Below, in pieces: positions 12,256-25,323 of a stretch of 64,000 nt of DNA. Each line of letters opens with the position of its first letter. The stretch's first letter is position 1. The position numbers and the translations under genes are program-made. Origin of the DNA: Octopus sinensis. Its lineage: Eukaryota. The DNA lies in NCBI RefSeq assembly GCF_006345805.1, contig NC_043006.1, forward strand, positions 21,638,001 to 21,702,000. Direction: 5' to 3'. Below the pieces are notes generated by a model that was not told the DNA's origin, ran no database searches, and saw only the letters and a list, made by a program, of their open reading frames with translations.

Positions 12256-12875
12256 AGTTCAAAAAGATTTACATTATAATAGTAGTGAAGCTAAAACTGA
12301 CATGTCCGCTGTGGTACTGAAAAGAATTTACCCTTTTTTTTTTGTCTCTCCTTCAAGCATCAATGATTTAGGGGTCAGGATGGGGTGAGTGTGTGTGTGT
12401 GTATACATACATATGTGGTGTGAATAGATGTGTCTGTAAGATCTGCTAGGATGGTGTGTCCGTTTGTCAACCGCGTGTGTGGTTGTCTTGGTGTTGTGTG
12501 TGTGTGTATGTATGTATGTGTGTGGAAGGCATTTGGCATGGTGCTGCGTGTGTATATGTGTGTCTGTATGGAGGTGAGATTGGTGTGAGTGTGTGTGTGT
12601 GCATATACATGTATACATGTATTTGTGGGGGGGGCTGTTTTTGATTGGTTCCAGGGTGGTGTAAATAGATGTGTGTTATTTAAAGAATTTTTTGGGGTAG
12701 GATGGTGTGTGTATATGTGTGCCCGTTTGTTTGTGTGTGTGCAAGTTATTCTATCCGACGCTCTCAGGAGTTTGCTAATTCGCCGTTTTAAAGCCCAGAT
12801 CAACGCGATCGATCTATTCTATTATTATAAGCGTTCCAGCCAACTCAATCCGGCCTTTCATGACAAATTGTCATG

Positions 12876-13105
12876 ACCAAGATTAATGTATCCAATCTAC
12901 TCTTTCTTTCTTCTTTGACGTACGATAATGTTGGTGATAACTTGACTGTTATTTCTGGCAGATCATGTGACCATGCAGAAGTTCCTTCGTACCAAGATTA
13001 ATGTATCCATTTCTACTCTTTGTTTCTTCTTTAACGTACGATAATGTTGGTGATAACTTGACTGTTATTTCTGGCAGATCAAGTGACCATGCAGAGGTCC
13101 TCTCG
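12876..13105. repeat. Tandem duplication, 115-bp period
   Basis: ACCAAGATTAATGTATCCA... starts at 12876 and at 12991. Confidence 0.9.
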
Positions 13106-13624
13106 TAGGCTCGTCAACAACCATTATATCAGCACGGTAATCTCAAATTCTAAGACCATAATCATTTTATTCAAATATACGTCACCACACAACAAGAGTA
13201 AAAATACATATCACTTTCTTTTCTATTTTTTCCCCTAGATTTACGTTGGCGGCCATATTGGCATTCTACAACTCTGTATTGAGATTTAATTAAGCTATAA
13301 CATTTTGTAACCTAGAAAAGTTTCGAGACATCAGATGTGCTCCGGAATATATTAAAAGATTTAAAGCTCAGTATAGACGCTGCTTACATGTAAAGATCAT
13401 TATCATTGACTTGGTCACCGACCAAATTGTCCTGTTGACATCACCTCACATTTGTTCTTGTCTTTTTTTTTTCTTTATTTTGTCAATGATTTCACTAGCC
13501 AAGATATAAAGATAAAAACGGTCATTAAAAAAGGTTAACTAGTGTGTCTCCCTCGCAGTCTGCTATATTTTGAATACATTATGGTCTCGACTTAATTACA
13601 GTTGCAATTTCACATTGGTTTGCA

Positions 13625-13901
13625 ATTCGATTATCATACATACATACATACACACATATATATATTATATATATATATATTCTATATATATATATATATA
13701 TATTCATATACATTTATATATATATACATATACATTTATATATATATATACATATACATTTATATATATATACATTTATATATATATATACATATACATT
13801 TATATATATATACATATACATATATATATATACATATATATATATACATATATACATATTTATATAATATATATACATATTATATATATATATATACATA
13901 A

Positions 13902-13996
<95 letters not shown>

Positions 13997-14012
13997 CATA
14001 TATATATATATA
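13625..14012. repeat. Compound (TA)n/(TACA)n low-complexity tract
   Basis: Direct inspection. Confidence 0.95.
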
Positions 14013-14320
14013 TTGCCGAGGCAGGGTCGGAAATGCCTCGTGAAAATATCTGTTCCGACTTGGCTATTTCTTACTGATGAATCTAAGGGCCTATGGAAGA
14101 TTGGCTTGATTTAATTTAATCAGGTTAGTTTACCATTAAACAGTAGATGAAACGGTGCATCGTATAAGAAATTACAGGGTAAATGTTTTTTAATTTTCTC
14201 CTGGTTTACGGAATTGATGTTTATTTGCGGTTGAAGCTTTGGCTGTTGTTTCTAGTGGGTGAATGGCCTATTATGGCCGTTCCTTGATTGTGATATATAT
14301 ATATATATATATATATATAC

Positions 14321-14540
14321 AGTTAATCCAAACATGAAAACACAAAGAGAAAGCACAACAACGCGAGGACGTGGAACAAATATAGTATTATTGGACGCTC
14401 AGGAAAGAAGGAAAGAAGGAGGGTTTAACGTTTCGAGCGGAGCTCTTCGTCAGAAACATGGGAAAAGGAAAGATCCAGAGAAGGGAAGACGGAGGGGGAA
14501 AAAATCGCCAACGGTACACACGCGATCACATTTTGAATGG
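14321..14540 (-). mobile_element. Short Penelope-like (PLE)-type element in (TA)n carrying a hammerhead motif
   Basis: About 200-bp unit homologous to 40722-40910. Both copies are flanked by TA runs and contain the CTGACGA..GAAACG motif typical of PLE terminal repeats. Confidence 0.7.
14423..14457 (-). ncRNA. Minimal type-I hammerhead ribozyme fold
   Basis: GUUU-CUGACGA-A-GAGC ucc GCUC-GAAA-CGU-U-AAAC: helix I 4 bp, helix II 4 bp, palindromic ACGU helix III, GUU cleavage triplet. Confidence 0.75.
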
Positions 14541-14552
14541 ATATATATATGT

Positions 14553-14584
<32 letters not shown>

Positions 14585-14608
14585 ATATATATATATATAT
14601 ATACATAC

Positions 14609-14659
<51 letters not shown>

Positions 14660-15205
14660 CCATATATATATATATATTGTGTGTGTGTGTGTGTGTGTAT
14701 GTGTGTGTGTCTGAGTGTGAGTATGTATGTATATATACGCATGTAGATACATGTAAATAAATAATATATATATATATATTTATATATATATATGTACGTA
14801 TAAATACATATATATGTGTGTGTGTACTTGCCCACACCGGCTATATGCTATATAAATACATACATACACACACATACACACACACACAAATGAAACTTGG
14901 GGAGAGGTTAATCCAGTCGGTTTCATTGACCCCGTGTTTGACCGCATGGTTGGACAGGAAGCTGGTGACGTCAAAGTGGTGAGCGTGTGTGTGTGTGTGT
15001 GTGTATACCAGATGTATGAATGCACGGATATGGCTGTGTTACTGGTTTTGTGTGTATGTATAGGTGAGTGAGTGAGTATGAACACGTGAGCATTAGTGCC
15101 TGATACATGCACGTGCGTGCAGGAACGTATTTAGGACGCATGTATGAGCGCGTGTGCGTAGGTTTGTACATTCATACATGTGTGCGTATGTATGTATGTG
15201 TGTGT

Positions 15206-15246
<41 letters not shown>

Positions 15247-16048
15247 TGTGTATGTGTGTGTGTGCGTGCGTGGATACGATGGACTTCATAAAAGTTGCGA
15301 TCTACCAAATTGCATTCCCAAAGCACTGATCAATACTAAAATAATAAAAGACATTTTCCTAAGGTAGAACGCAATCAGATCGACACACCGAAATTACATG
15401 AGTGTAAAATGAATTCATAATTACTGATTTGGGGAAAGCCTAATAGCTTTAGAGACAAATTCAATTTGATAGTAAATTATAGTTTATTCATCTCAAAAAA
15501 TATCAAAAATACTCTTCTTAATTATATTCCTTTCAATGAGACTGTTCAATCCAAATTTCTAATTTCGGCAACTAAATTCTTTGCATAGTATATTGAATGT
15601 TAAAACCAGAATGTTTAAACTCATGTACATGTGATTAATAATTCCGAAAGAACGTACATATTAACTAGCCAAAAGTGGCATTCTTTGAATACCATTCTCC
15701 TTGACATTAATCTTTCTGCAGTTTTCATATCTGAAAACATGACATACTTTCATTTCCTGTGAAAGTAAAGTATGTGTGGTGGTCGATGTTGAAAGCAATG
15801 GTTTTGAGCCGTCGGAGAGGATGATTAATTTTTCGCAGCTGTGTAATACAACTGCGGTGTGAGAAAAAGATGCATTCTCTTAAGTTGATTTGATTTACAG
15901 TGGCCCCGGAGAGATAAAAGTCAATATTGACCTGAGCTGTATTTGAACTTACAATAAATGTGATCAAATCTGCACATTTGGCGTCTGAAAAATATGTTAA
16001 CTCAGTACTTCAGTGAAACATCATATATATATATATATATATATATAT

Positions 16049-16546
16049 GCAATAATAAATCTCAGAGCGAGTTATAAACTGTAGTATATTTGCCATTTAA
16101 ATATGGCTAACCCCTAAAGGTGGATGCTATTGTAGTTTGTAGCACCAGGAGGACACCTCCTCCAGCTGGCTATAGACACACTTTCTGTGCCCTAACAGTA
16201 TTTGCAAAGGGAAGCCATCCTTCCCGTCTTCAACTTATGATACACACGGACTCGAGTTTCTGGGTATTGACCCGTCATCGGCGTGTGTCAATCACAGTTG
16301 TCGATGAGAAGTAGGTTCCCTTCACAAATACTTGTACTTTTTTCCAGTATCGATAGACACTGATATCGGAAAAGTGTAAACAAGCAATAATAAATCTCAG
16401 AGCGAGTTATAAACAGTAGCTACAACACATCGTGACGTATATTTGCCATTTAAATATGGCTAACCCCTAAGGGTGGATGCTACTGTAGTTTGTAGCCCCA
16501 GGAGGACACCTCCTCCAGCTGGCTATAGACACACTTTCTGTGCCCT
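16049..16546 (-). mobile_element. Direct-repeat-flanked unit (about 335-bp period) containing a hammerhead-like fold
   Basis: Repeats at 16049-16193 and 16384-16546 (the second has an insertion of about 20 nt). Hammerhead-like fold between them. Confidence 0.6.
16242..16288 (-). ncRNA. Degenerate type-I hammerhead ribozyme fold
   Basis: ACACACG-CCGAUGA-C-GGGU caau ACCC-A-GAAA-CUCGAG-UC-CGUGUGU: 7-bp helix I, palindromic helix III, GUC site. The core reads CCGA instead of CUGA. Confidence 0.6.
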
Positions 16547-16966
16547 ATCGAGAGTTTCTTATAGTAGAAGAAATAGCTAAGTTCTTTGGTTGCTATTTCT
16601 AAAGTTCGGTATGTGGTGAAGCAAATTTTTTTTGCTGAACCCTAATTATAATTATACTCATAATTATAAAAAATATTATATATATTACAAAATTTAACAT
16701 AAACACAACTAACGGATGAATTTACAAAAACATAAATAGGAAATTCGTAGCTTATTCCTCATCGGTCGACGTTCAAAAGATCATTAAAATTTCTAGCCAA
16801 GCCATACCCACGCTAAAACCGTTCAATCTAAAGCCATAAACACCCCCTCTATTTACACTAGCTACTTCACTTTTTTTCAATTTTAGTAACGACTTCTTGA
16901 CCACATATATAAACACCCCTCACTCCTGTATGTATGTATGTATGTATGTATTATTATGTACTATGC

Positions 16967-17022
<56 letters not shown>

Positions 17023-17024
<2 letters not shown>

Positions 17025-17319
17025 AGGCGCAATGGCCTAGTGGTTAGGGCAGCGGACTCGCGGTCGCAGGATCGCGGTTTCGATTCCCAGACCGGGCGTT
17101 GTGAGTGTTTATTGAGCGAAAACTCCTAAAAGCTCCACGAGGCTCCGGCAGGGGATGGTGGTGATCCTTGCTGTACTCTTTCACCACTCTTTCTTCTGTT
17201 GGCCTGCTCGCTTAGCCAGCGGGGTGGCGCCATTCGAAGGCTAAAAACAATGCGAACGCATTGTGACCAGCGATGTGTAACAACATCTGATGGTCTGGTC
17301 GGTCACGTGATCACGTGAT
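17023..17319 (+). mobile_element. SINE, family A, tail type 1
   Basis: Intact A- and B-box-like head; tail GGTCACGTGATCACGTGAT. Confidence 0.9.
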
Positions 17320-18335
17320 ATATGCATACATACATACATATACGAACGCACCAGCACACACGTACATACATACATGCATACATACATATATAAACACAAA
17401 GGATTGAGAATTATACATTCTTTAATTCACTTGTTCTCGTTTCACATGAAATGGCATTTCAAAATTCTGTGATGCAGAAATCATACATGTTAGTCGATCC
17501 CATATTTGATCGATTATTGCGCATGATTTCTGCATCACAGAAATTCGGAATGCTTTTCTTTCCGAAACACAATAAATAAATTAAAACATTTACATTTCTC
17601 CATTCTTTGTATTTTTCTCCTATACTTTGTGTCCTTATACTAAATTTATTAGGCGTTTGAACTTCGTATTTACAAATGGAACACACAACTGAAAGTAATT
17701 TTACGGTTGACGTGGATTACAACGGCTTTCACTGAACAATTTAGTTAGCCAAGTTTGATCGCTACGGAGTGCCTAAAAAGTACTCGCTTGGATTTTTCCT
17801 TTTGTTTTATGTGTGGCTGTACATGTGTGTGTGTATGTGCGTGTGTGAAATTAAATAAATGACAAAGGATCAAAAAATGATGCCCTAAATTTCATTAGCT
17901 TACAACCATTTCGACTAGGGTGTGGAGTGATTTCAAAGCTGAGTACTTGTGCATTACCTTCAGTTTTTTAAACTCTGAGGAAGCTTTAAGGTGATTTACA
18001 TACACTCAACTCTTATTGCAATAACATTTGTAATGTAATAAAGTTTTTTCATTTGTTTAATTTCATACATCGTACTGTACTCGACTAACGGTTTATTCTG
18101 AAGAATATGTATATTGAGATCCAACACCAGGTTTTTGTTATCGCTACGCTTCGGAGAAATATTAATATGTAAATGTGTGTGTGTGTGTGTGTGTGCGTGC
18201 GTGTGCGTGTGTGTGCGTGTATCTGTGTGTGTGTGTGTGTGCGTGTGTCTGTGTGTGTGTGTGCGTGTGTCTGTGTGTGTGTGTGCGTGTGTGTGTGTGT
18301 GTGTTTCTGTATGTATGTATGTATGTTTGTTTGTT

Positions 18336-18628
18336 TGTTCCTTCTCGAGCCACGCCTGGCTCATAAGGGCCGGTTTCCTGGTTTCTTTGGCGTATAGGTT
18401 CCCCACCTGGACGACACGCCGTTCCTTGGCAGGTGATCTGCAAGATGCAAGAGGAAAAAGTGAGGAAAAGTTGTGGCGAAAGAGTCCGTTCTCATCATTA
18501 CCTTCTACCGGAGCTGCCTAGAGTTTAGGTGCTTCGTTCATAAACACAGACATCACCCGGTCTGACATTCGAACCTGCGATCACTCGACCGCGAGTCCGC
18601 TGCTCTAACCACTAGGCCATGTATCTCC
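18336..18628 (-). mobile_element. SINE with family-A-like head and a distinct tail (type 4)
   Basis: Minus strand head GGAGATACATGGCCTAGTGGTTAGAGCAGCGGACTCGCGGTC. Tail ...GGCGTGGCTCGAGAAGGAAC(AAAC)n. Confidence 0.75.
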
Positions 18629-18704
18629 ACTATGTATGTATACCTACATAAAAAAAAATTTAAACATAATACAGGCAAGTTTAAGGGAAAAGGAGAAGAG
18701 ACAA

Positions 18705-18955
18705 GTGGCAGACGAAATACCTATTTCTTTACTACCCACAAGGGGCTAAACACAGAGGGGGCAAACAAGGACAGACAGACGGATTAAGTCGATTATATTG
18801 ACCCCAGTGCGTAACTGGTACTTAATTTATCGACCCCGAAAGGATGAAAGGCAAAGTCGACCTCGGTGGAATTTGAACTCAGAACGTAACGGCAGACGAA
18901 ATACGGCTACGCATTTCGCCCGACGTGCTAACGTTTCTGCCAGCTCGCCGCCTTA
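18705..18955 (-). mobile_element. Full SINE, family D, plus 16 nt of a second unit
   Basis: GGCGGCGAGCTGGCAGAAACGTTAGC head to AAAGAAATAG tail, followed by GTATTTCGTCTGCCAC. Confidence 0.9.
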
Positions 18956-19157
18956 CCGATCGTAATACCGCTGAGCGTTTTGTCTGGCAGGTTAGCAATT
19001 CTTCCACCTCGCCGCCTTACCATTTGACAATTATAATACAAGTAATTCGATATAACTGAATATTTCCTCGGGGATCAATACAATCTACTTTAATTAAATT
19101 CTGAATATAAACACACACATAAGCACATGTACAACATATACACGTGTAAAATATATA

Positions 19158-19564
19158 GGCGCAGGAGTGGCCGTGTGGTAAGTAGCTTCCTAACCAACCA
19201 CATGGTTCCGGGTTCAGTCCCACTGCGTGGCATCTTGGGCAAGTGTCTTCTGCTATAGCCCCGGGCCGACCAATGCCTTGTGAGTGGATTTGGTAGACAG
19301 AAACTGAAAGAAGCCTGTCGTATATATGTATTTATATATATATGTGTGCGTGTCTGTGTTTGTCCCCCTAGCATTGCTTGACAACTGATGCTGGTGTGTT
19401 TACATCCCCGTAACTTAGCGGTTCGGCAAAAAAGTGACCGATAGAATAAGTACTGGGCTTACAAAGAATAAGTCCTGGGGTCGATTTGCTCGACTAAAGG
19501 TGGTGCTCCAGCATGGCCGCAGTCAAATGACTGAAACAAGTAAAAGACTAAAAGACTAAAAGAC
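19158..19564 (+). mobile_element. SINE, family B
   Basis: Full-length homolog of 3019. Confidence 0.9.
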
Positions 19565-19956
19565 ACACACACACACATACACACACATACATGTGTGTGT
19601 GTGAGACTATGTATCTATTTGTTAAGAGTTAATTGAGATCTATTCTTACGGTTTATTCTTCGTTGGATCGCTAATGATGGGAATGGTCTCACAACCTTTT
19701 TAGCTAGTTAACTCTTATTTATAACTAATCACAGTCATTATAAATATAGATTAGAATAATCCGATACACTGTGAGGAGGGGTAAATTCGGGCGTTTTGTA
19801 ACGTCGAAATTCTGTTCTCCCGCTTAATGCACACAATTTTCTTATTTACGAATTTTACTGATTCTTTTGTCGTTGTTGCTGCTGCTGCTACAACACGACA
19901 GCGCCATGTTTGGATTTGTTGGTACTGTTGTTGTCTCTGAGAATATCGAAAATGTT

Positions 19957-20557
19957 CAGGCGGCGAGCTGGCAGAAGCGTCAGCACGCCGGGTGGAATGA
20001 TTTACGGTATTTCGTCTGCCGCTACGTTCTGAATTCAAATTCCGCCGAGGCCGACTTTGCCTTTCATCCTTTCGAGGTCGATAAATTAAGTACCAGTTAT
20101 GTACTGGGGTCGATGTAATCGACTTAATCCGTTTGTCTGTCCTTGTTTGTCCCTTCTGTGTTTAGCCCCTTGTGGGTAGTAAATAAATAGGTATTTCGTC
20201 TGCCACTACGTTCTGAGTTCAAATTCCGCCGAGGTCGACTTTGCCTTTCATCCTTTCGGGGTCGATAAATTAAGTACCAGTTATACACTGGGGTCGATGT
20301 AATCGACTTCATCCGTTTGTCTGTCCTTGTTTGTCCTCTCTGTGTTTAGCCCCTTGTGGGTAGTAAAGAAATAGGTATTTCGTCTGCCACTACGTTCTGA
20401 GTTCAAATTCCGCCGAGGTCGACTTTGCCTTTCATCCTTTCGAGGTCGATAAATTAAGTACCAGTTACGCACTGGGGTCGATATAATCGACATAATCCGT
20501 TTGTCTGTCCTTGTTTGTCCTCTCTGTGTTTCGCTCCTTGTGAGCAGTAAAGAAATA
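19957..20557 (+). mobile_element. SINE family D head-to-tail trimer (184-bp period) with 15-bp TSD
   Basis: Units start GGTATTTCGTCTGCC at 20006, 20190 and 20374. AATATCGAAAATGTT is present at 19942-19956 and 20558-20572. Confidence 0.9.
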
Positions 20558-20639
20558 AATATCGAAAATGTTTACCTTCAATACGGCGCTATAAATTCTT
20601 TTCGAATCTAGCACCGCCATTTTGGATTTGCTGGTACTT

Positions 20640-20990
20640 TTGTTGTCTTTACTCTTGCTGTTGTTGTTGATACTGTTCTGTTGTTGTTGCTGCTGTTGCT
20701 GCAGCTGCTGTTATTATTATTGTTGTGGCTATTTTATAAACACACACAAAACCCCGGCCTGGGAATCGAAACCGCGATCCTGCGACCGCGAGTCCGCTGC
20801 CCTAACCATTGGGCCATTGCGCCTCCACTTGCTGTTGTTGCTACTGCTGCAGTTGTCTTCGTCGTTGTTTTTGCAGCTTGTTGTTGTTGTTGTTGCTACT
20901 GTTGCTAGTGATGTTACTGCAGCTGATGTGTTGCTGCTGCTGATGTTGTAGCTAATGTTGTTGTTCTTACTCTTGTTTTCCATTGCAAAC
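20640..20990. repeat. (GTT/GCT)n trinucleotide-rich tract interrupted by a family A SINE head (20735-20826, minus)
   Basis: Direct inspection. Confidence 0.85.
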
Positions 20991-21744
20991 CATCACTAGA
21001 TACGTTCGTTTTGATTGTTATTTTAGCTGCAATCTTTAGCAATTTCTAACGGTTAAATATTTGCTGCGAGGGTCTCAGAAACGGAAATATAACAGTTTAC
21101 AGATATGAAACACCTGAAAGGAAAATGGCTTTCAAGGAACGCTGCAATACATTGGTAATTACCATCTATCGGAATTATTCTTTAACACACGCATGAGCTA
21201 AAACATTCTACTTCATTAATTTACTAATTTCACTAACGAATCACCCATTATTAATACCTATTGTACTCGTTGGCGTTTTTATACAAACCGCAGAAATAGT
21301 AACTCATCAGCTAGTCTTCGAATATATGACACATGCTCAGTTGAACTGTTACAATGCATATAAATCCGTCTTGATTTATTATGATTTCATATACGCGCTG
21401 ATTTACGTAATTTCCTCAGAGAATATCGAGAATGTTTACCTTCAACACATCGCTGTAAATTTTCTTTTCAAGTTTTATCGCTCATCAACCTAACACCGCC
21501 ATTTTGGATTTGTTTCCCTGAAGTAGAAGAACGCCCATTTCATTGTATATATATATCACTTTTATTTTGCTTTGTTTTTGTTTTTTTTGCCTACATTGTG
21601 ACAATTCCATTCTCAATCCAACGTTCTATAAATGATAGACGACGTGATATATCACAAAATATTTTCAATGCTTCTTAATTTACATAAGTATGTGTGTGTG
21701 CGCGCGCGTGTGAGTGTGTGTGCGTGTGTGTGAGTGTGTGTGTG

Positions 21745-21810
<66 letters not shown>

Positions 21811-21821
21811 ATATATATATA

Positions 21822-22222
21822 AGCGGCTGTATGGTAAGTAGCTTACTTAATAATTGCATGGTTCCGAGTTCAGTCCCACTGCGTGGCACCTTGGGCAAGT
21901 GTCTTCTACTATAGCCTTGGCCCGACCAAAGCCTTGTGAGTGGATTTGGTAAACGGAAACTGAAAGAAGCTCATCGTATATATGTATATATATATGTGTG
22001 TGTGTGTCTGTGTTTATCGCACCACCACCACCACCATCGCTTGACAACCGATGCTGGTGTGTTTACGTCCTCGTAACTTAGAGGTTCGGCAAAAGAGACC
22101 AATATAATAAGTACTAGGACTTACAAAGAATAAGTTCTGGGGTCGATTTGCTCGACTAAAGGCGGTGCTCCAGTATGGCCACAGTCACATGACTGAAACA
22201 AATGAAAGAATAAAATAAAAGA
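21822..22222 (+). mobile_element. SINE, family B
   Basis: Homology to 3019 and 19158. Confidence 0.85.
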
Positions 22223-22249
22223 ATATGTATGCATGTATGTATGTATGTA

Positions 22250-22280
<31 letters not shown>

Positions 22281-23175
22281 TGTGTGAATGTATGTACTAG
22301 TAGAATACGTGTCTATTTTTAATCCTAAAAATTCTGTTTTCAGTTAAAGAGAAATCCTTAAACTATCCAGCAAATGGTACTGTTTGAAACTTTCTATAAG
22401 AAAAACAACCCATACAATCCTAATGACATTCTTAAATTCCTACTTATTTTAAGCGGAGTGGATTGAGGGGTCGCTTATAATTAAAAAAAAAAGTTGATAT
22501 AGTCACTATTTTTTCAGCCGATTTCTTGTCAATTTTTTCTGCTTTTTTTTTTTGCATATGCATGTGCTCCAATAAAGTCTTGATACCTTTTTTTACCAAT
22601 TTTTTAAAATGATAGTTCGAGTCCTTCTACAATCTACTAGGCACACGGAACGCCAAATGACAAACAAAAACTTAGCCATTTTTGTTTTTTTTTTTACAAA
22701 ATTCAGAAAAAAGACTGAAATTATCAAGTCTACGGTAATTTGACAATGAAAATAGTCAACAAAAGTACCAGCAAAAGATCGGTAATTTCGAGAATGGGTT
22801 AAATCGATTACATCAACCCCAGCACTCAACTGGTACTTACTTTATCAGCACCGAAAGGATGGAAGGTAAAGTCGACCGCAGTGAAACTTGAACCCAGAAC
22901 ATAAAGACGAGCGTAATAGCGCTAAAGCTAAGCTTTTTGCCCAGCAGGCTTAACAATTCTGCCATCTCACCTTATCATTTAACAATGATAACACAAATAA
23001 TTCGAAAAATGAATGCTTCCTCGAGGACCTATACAATCTACTTTAATTAAATTCTAAATATAAACTTCCTACTTATTTGAAATACTCTTTCTATGGAACT
23101 TTTGTTCAAGAGATTTCTATTGTTGTTGTTCCAAAATAGAGCAAGGCGATCTATCTGTGTGTGTGTGTGTGTGTG

Positions 23176-23206
<31 letters not shown>

Positions 23207-24379
23207 TGCGTGCGTGCGTGCGTGCGTGTATGTGTGATTTTTACAGAATTAATTAATTCCTGTTCTTTATGATATGATGTCTAATTTTCCCCTTCCTCCA
23301 TTGTTACACTTCATCACTGCAGGAAAGACTTTTTTATTCAAATGTATATAGCATTTATAATATTTTTACACACACACACATTCACATGCATACATGTGTG
23401 TGTGTGTGATATGTAAGATTACCTTGTATAATCAAAACTAAAAAGAACCAGTTGCAAGAATTGTGATAATTCTGTTAATGGGGTAGTGGGTCGAACACAA
23501 TAAATTCTTCATTTACTGGAATTTCTCCCTGAGTTATTCTCCGGCAGTTTTGCATGCAAGAGAAAGGATAATTTGCTCTTTGTTTTCAAGAGATGACAAT
23601 GAAAACACGTTTCGGTCTATTCATTGATTTCATCAGTATACTTCAGTCATACTTCGTCTGACTATCGGTTTTTTTTCTTTTGTTTGTTTGTTTGTTTGTT
23701 TATTTTTACAATTAAAATACTAGAACTCATGTCATGTCCATAGTTGTCTCCTGTCGATAATAGAGGTATGAATACATACAGTCACTAACAAACACAATAT
23801 GTCAGAGTTAATAACACACAAAAAAAAACAGAATTAGTGTCAATAAGGTACACAGTAAATAAGTTAAATATATTTATTTCTTTATTGCCCACAAGGAGCT
23901 AAACATTAGTTATCAGGGCGCGTATAAGTCTTGAAAAAATTACAAAAATCGATTCCAGGTGAGAATGCAATCGATAAAGCCGTGGGGACGTGCATTTGTA
24001 CGCGCAAGTACATCAGTTATTGCGATCAATACTATGCGTACGCGAGAAAAATGCACGTGCAGTTTGCGCAAAAAAAATCATCATGCTTTTCCATCTAGAT
24101 TTACCTCCAGCTAACCCATTTGCATGCATCGTTTTTGTCCTGCTTTTCTTCCGTCAACCTGCACATAACTGCACCTTCCACTTTTTGTTGCTTTTATACT
24201 GCTTAAAGGCACGTTTCTTTCCTGCCAAGCTTACTGTTTAAACCATGTTTGTGTTCTCCCAATCAACAGCCTTATCATTACTGGTACTTTAAACTCTTCG
24301 GTTGCATATTTGCGTGAATAAAATCGTTTTTCTTTGGAATAGAAAACAGTCTATCTTTATTTCTGTTTCTTGCTGGTGT

Positions 24380-24628
24380 TCTTGAGTAAGACACTTCGTT
24401 TCACGTTGCTCCAGTTCATTCAACTGTAGAAATCAGTTGCGACGTCACAGGTGCCAAGCTGTATCGAGCCCTTTGCCTTTCCCTTGGATAACACTGGCGG
24501 CGTGGAGAGGGGAGGCTGGTATGCATGGGCGACTGCTGGTCTTCCATAAACAACGTTGCCCGGATTGTGCCTCGCGGGGTAACTTTCTAAGTGCAATACC
24601 ACGGTCAGTCATGACCGAAGGGGGTCTC
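24380..24628 (+). mobile_element. 5'-truncated SINE, family C, tail type 3
   Basis: CORE-like TTGAGTAAGACACTT...TTGCTCCAGT followed by the tail shared with 9238. Confidence 0.8.
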
Positions 24629-25323
24629 AATTACAGTGTATTTTTACCTATCTCCTAGCAAGTATACTAATTCCTTTTATAATTCTTCTGTATCCCCCTC
24701 TCTTTCTTTAAACGTATTGCTATCACATGTACAATAATATTTCACATTATCTACTTACATGAATGTTTACATTCACCGGGTCTCATTTTGTGTATGTTCT
24801 AGTTTTTCATTAGCTCTTCACCTCTAAATTAAATCAATTGTACTATACGAACCAAACCTGTAGCTATTTTCTAACTCACTGTAAATAACATTTATTTCGC
24901 TTTAGTATGTCCCGAATTTAGATTATTCCAAGTTATTCTTTAGCTATTCAACTCTATATGAATACCTACTTCCGGTTTTGCGGGCTTTATATTCAACTAT
25001 ATAAATAATTTTGTTAATAAGTATTAATTTAACTTGTTGAATTGACCCATATTTAAGCCCTTATTATTACTATTATTTCATATATTTATTCCCTTTAATT
25101 CTTATTTATTTATTTATGTTAAATACTATTTCTTCTTACCCGAGCCTCTTGACATAATTACATCCGGGATCTGACAAAGCGAACGCTGCATATCTGAAAT
25201 CTTTAAATTAAAATTCTGTCCAATAGTTCTTTATCTTTATTAGTCTAGCTCAATAATAAATTTTTAAGGGGTGAAAGGTAATACTTTATAAGTCTCTATT
25301 CATTTATCTCTATCTATTTTAAT

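Noticed and set aside
13570-15367. Many long ORFs rich in IY/HT/CV repeats
   Set aside because: These are translations of TA, CA and GT microsatellites; the same holds for similar ORFs throughout the window.
15953-15984. Minus-strand 32-nt microexon candidate (TTTTCAG...GTAAGT); similar ones near 4575, 28879, 36370 and 49699
   Set aside because: Short AG..GT-bounded open segments are expected by chance in 64 kb of AT-rich DNA, and the chained peptide matches nothing I recognise.
16740-16780. CCGATGAG...CGAAT hammerhead-like string on the minus strand
   Set aside because: Two core mismatches and no convincing helix II.
17023-17100. tRNA-like sequences with A and B boxes
   Set aside because: They continue into SINE bodies and lack a complete cloverleaf, so they are SINE heads, not tRNA genes.
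19957-20557. Regularly spaced repeats that could suggest a CRISPR-like array
   Set aside because: The units are contiguous 184-bp SINE copies with no unique spacers, in a eukaryotic context with no cas genes.
23590-23640. CTGATGA...GACCGAAACGTG on the minus strand
   Set aside because: Helix II is mismatched, there is no NUH triplet and helix I is absent.
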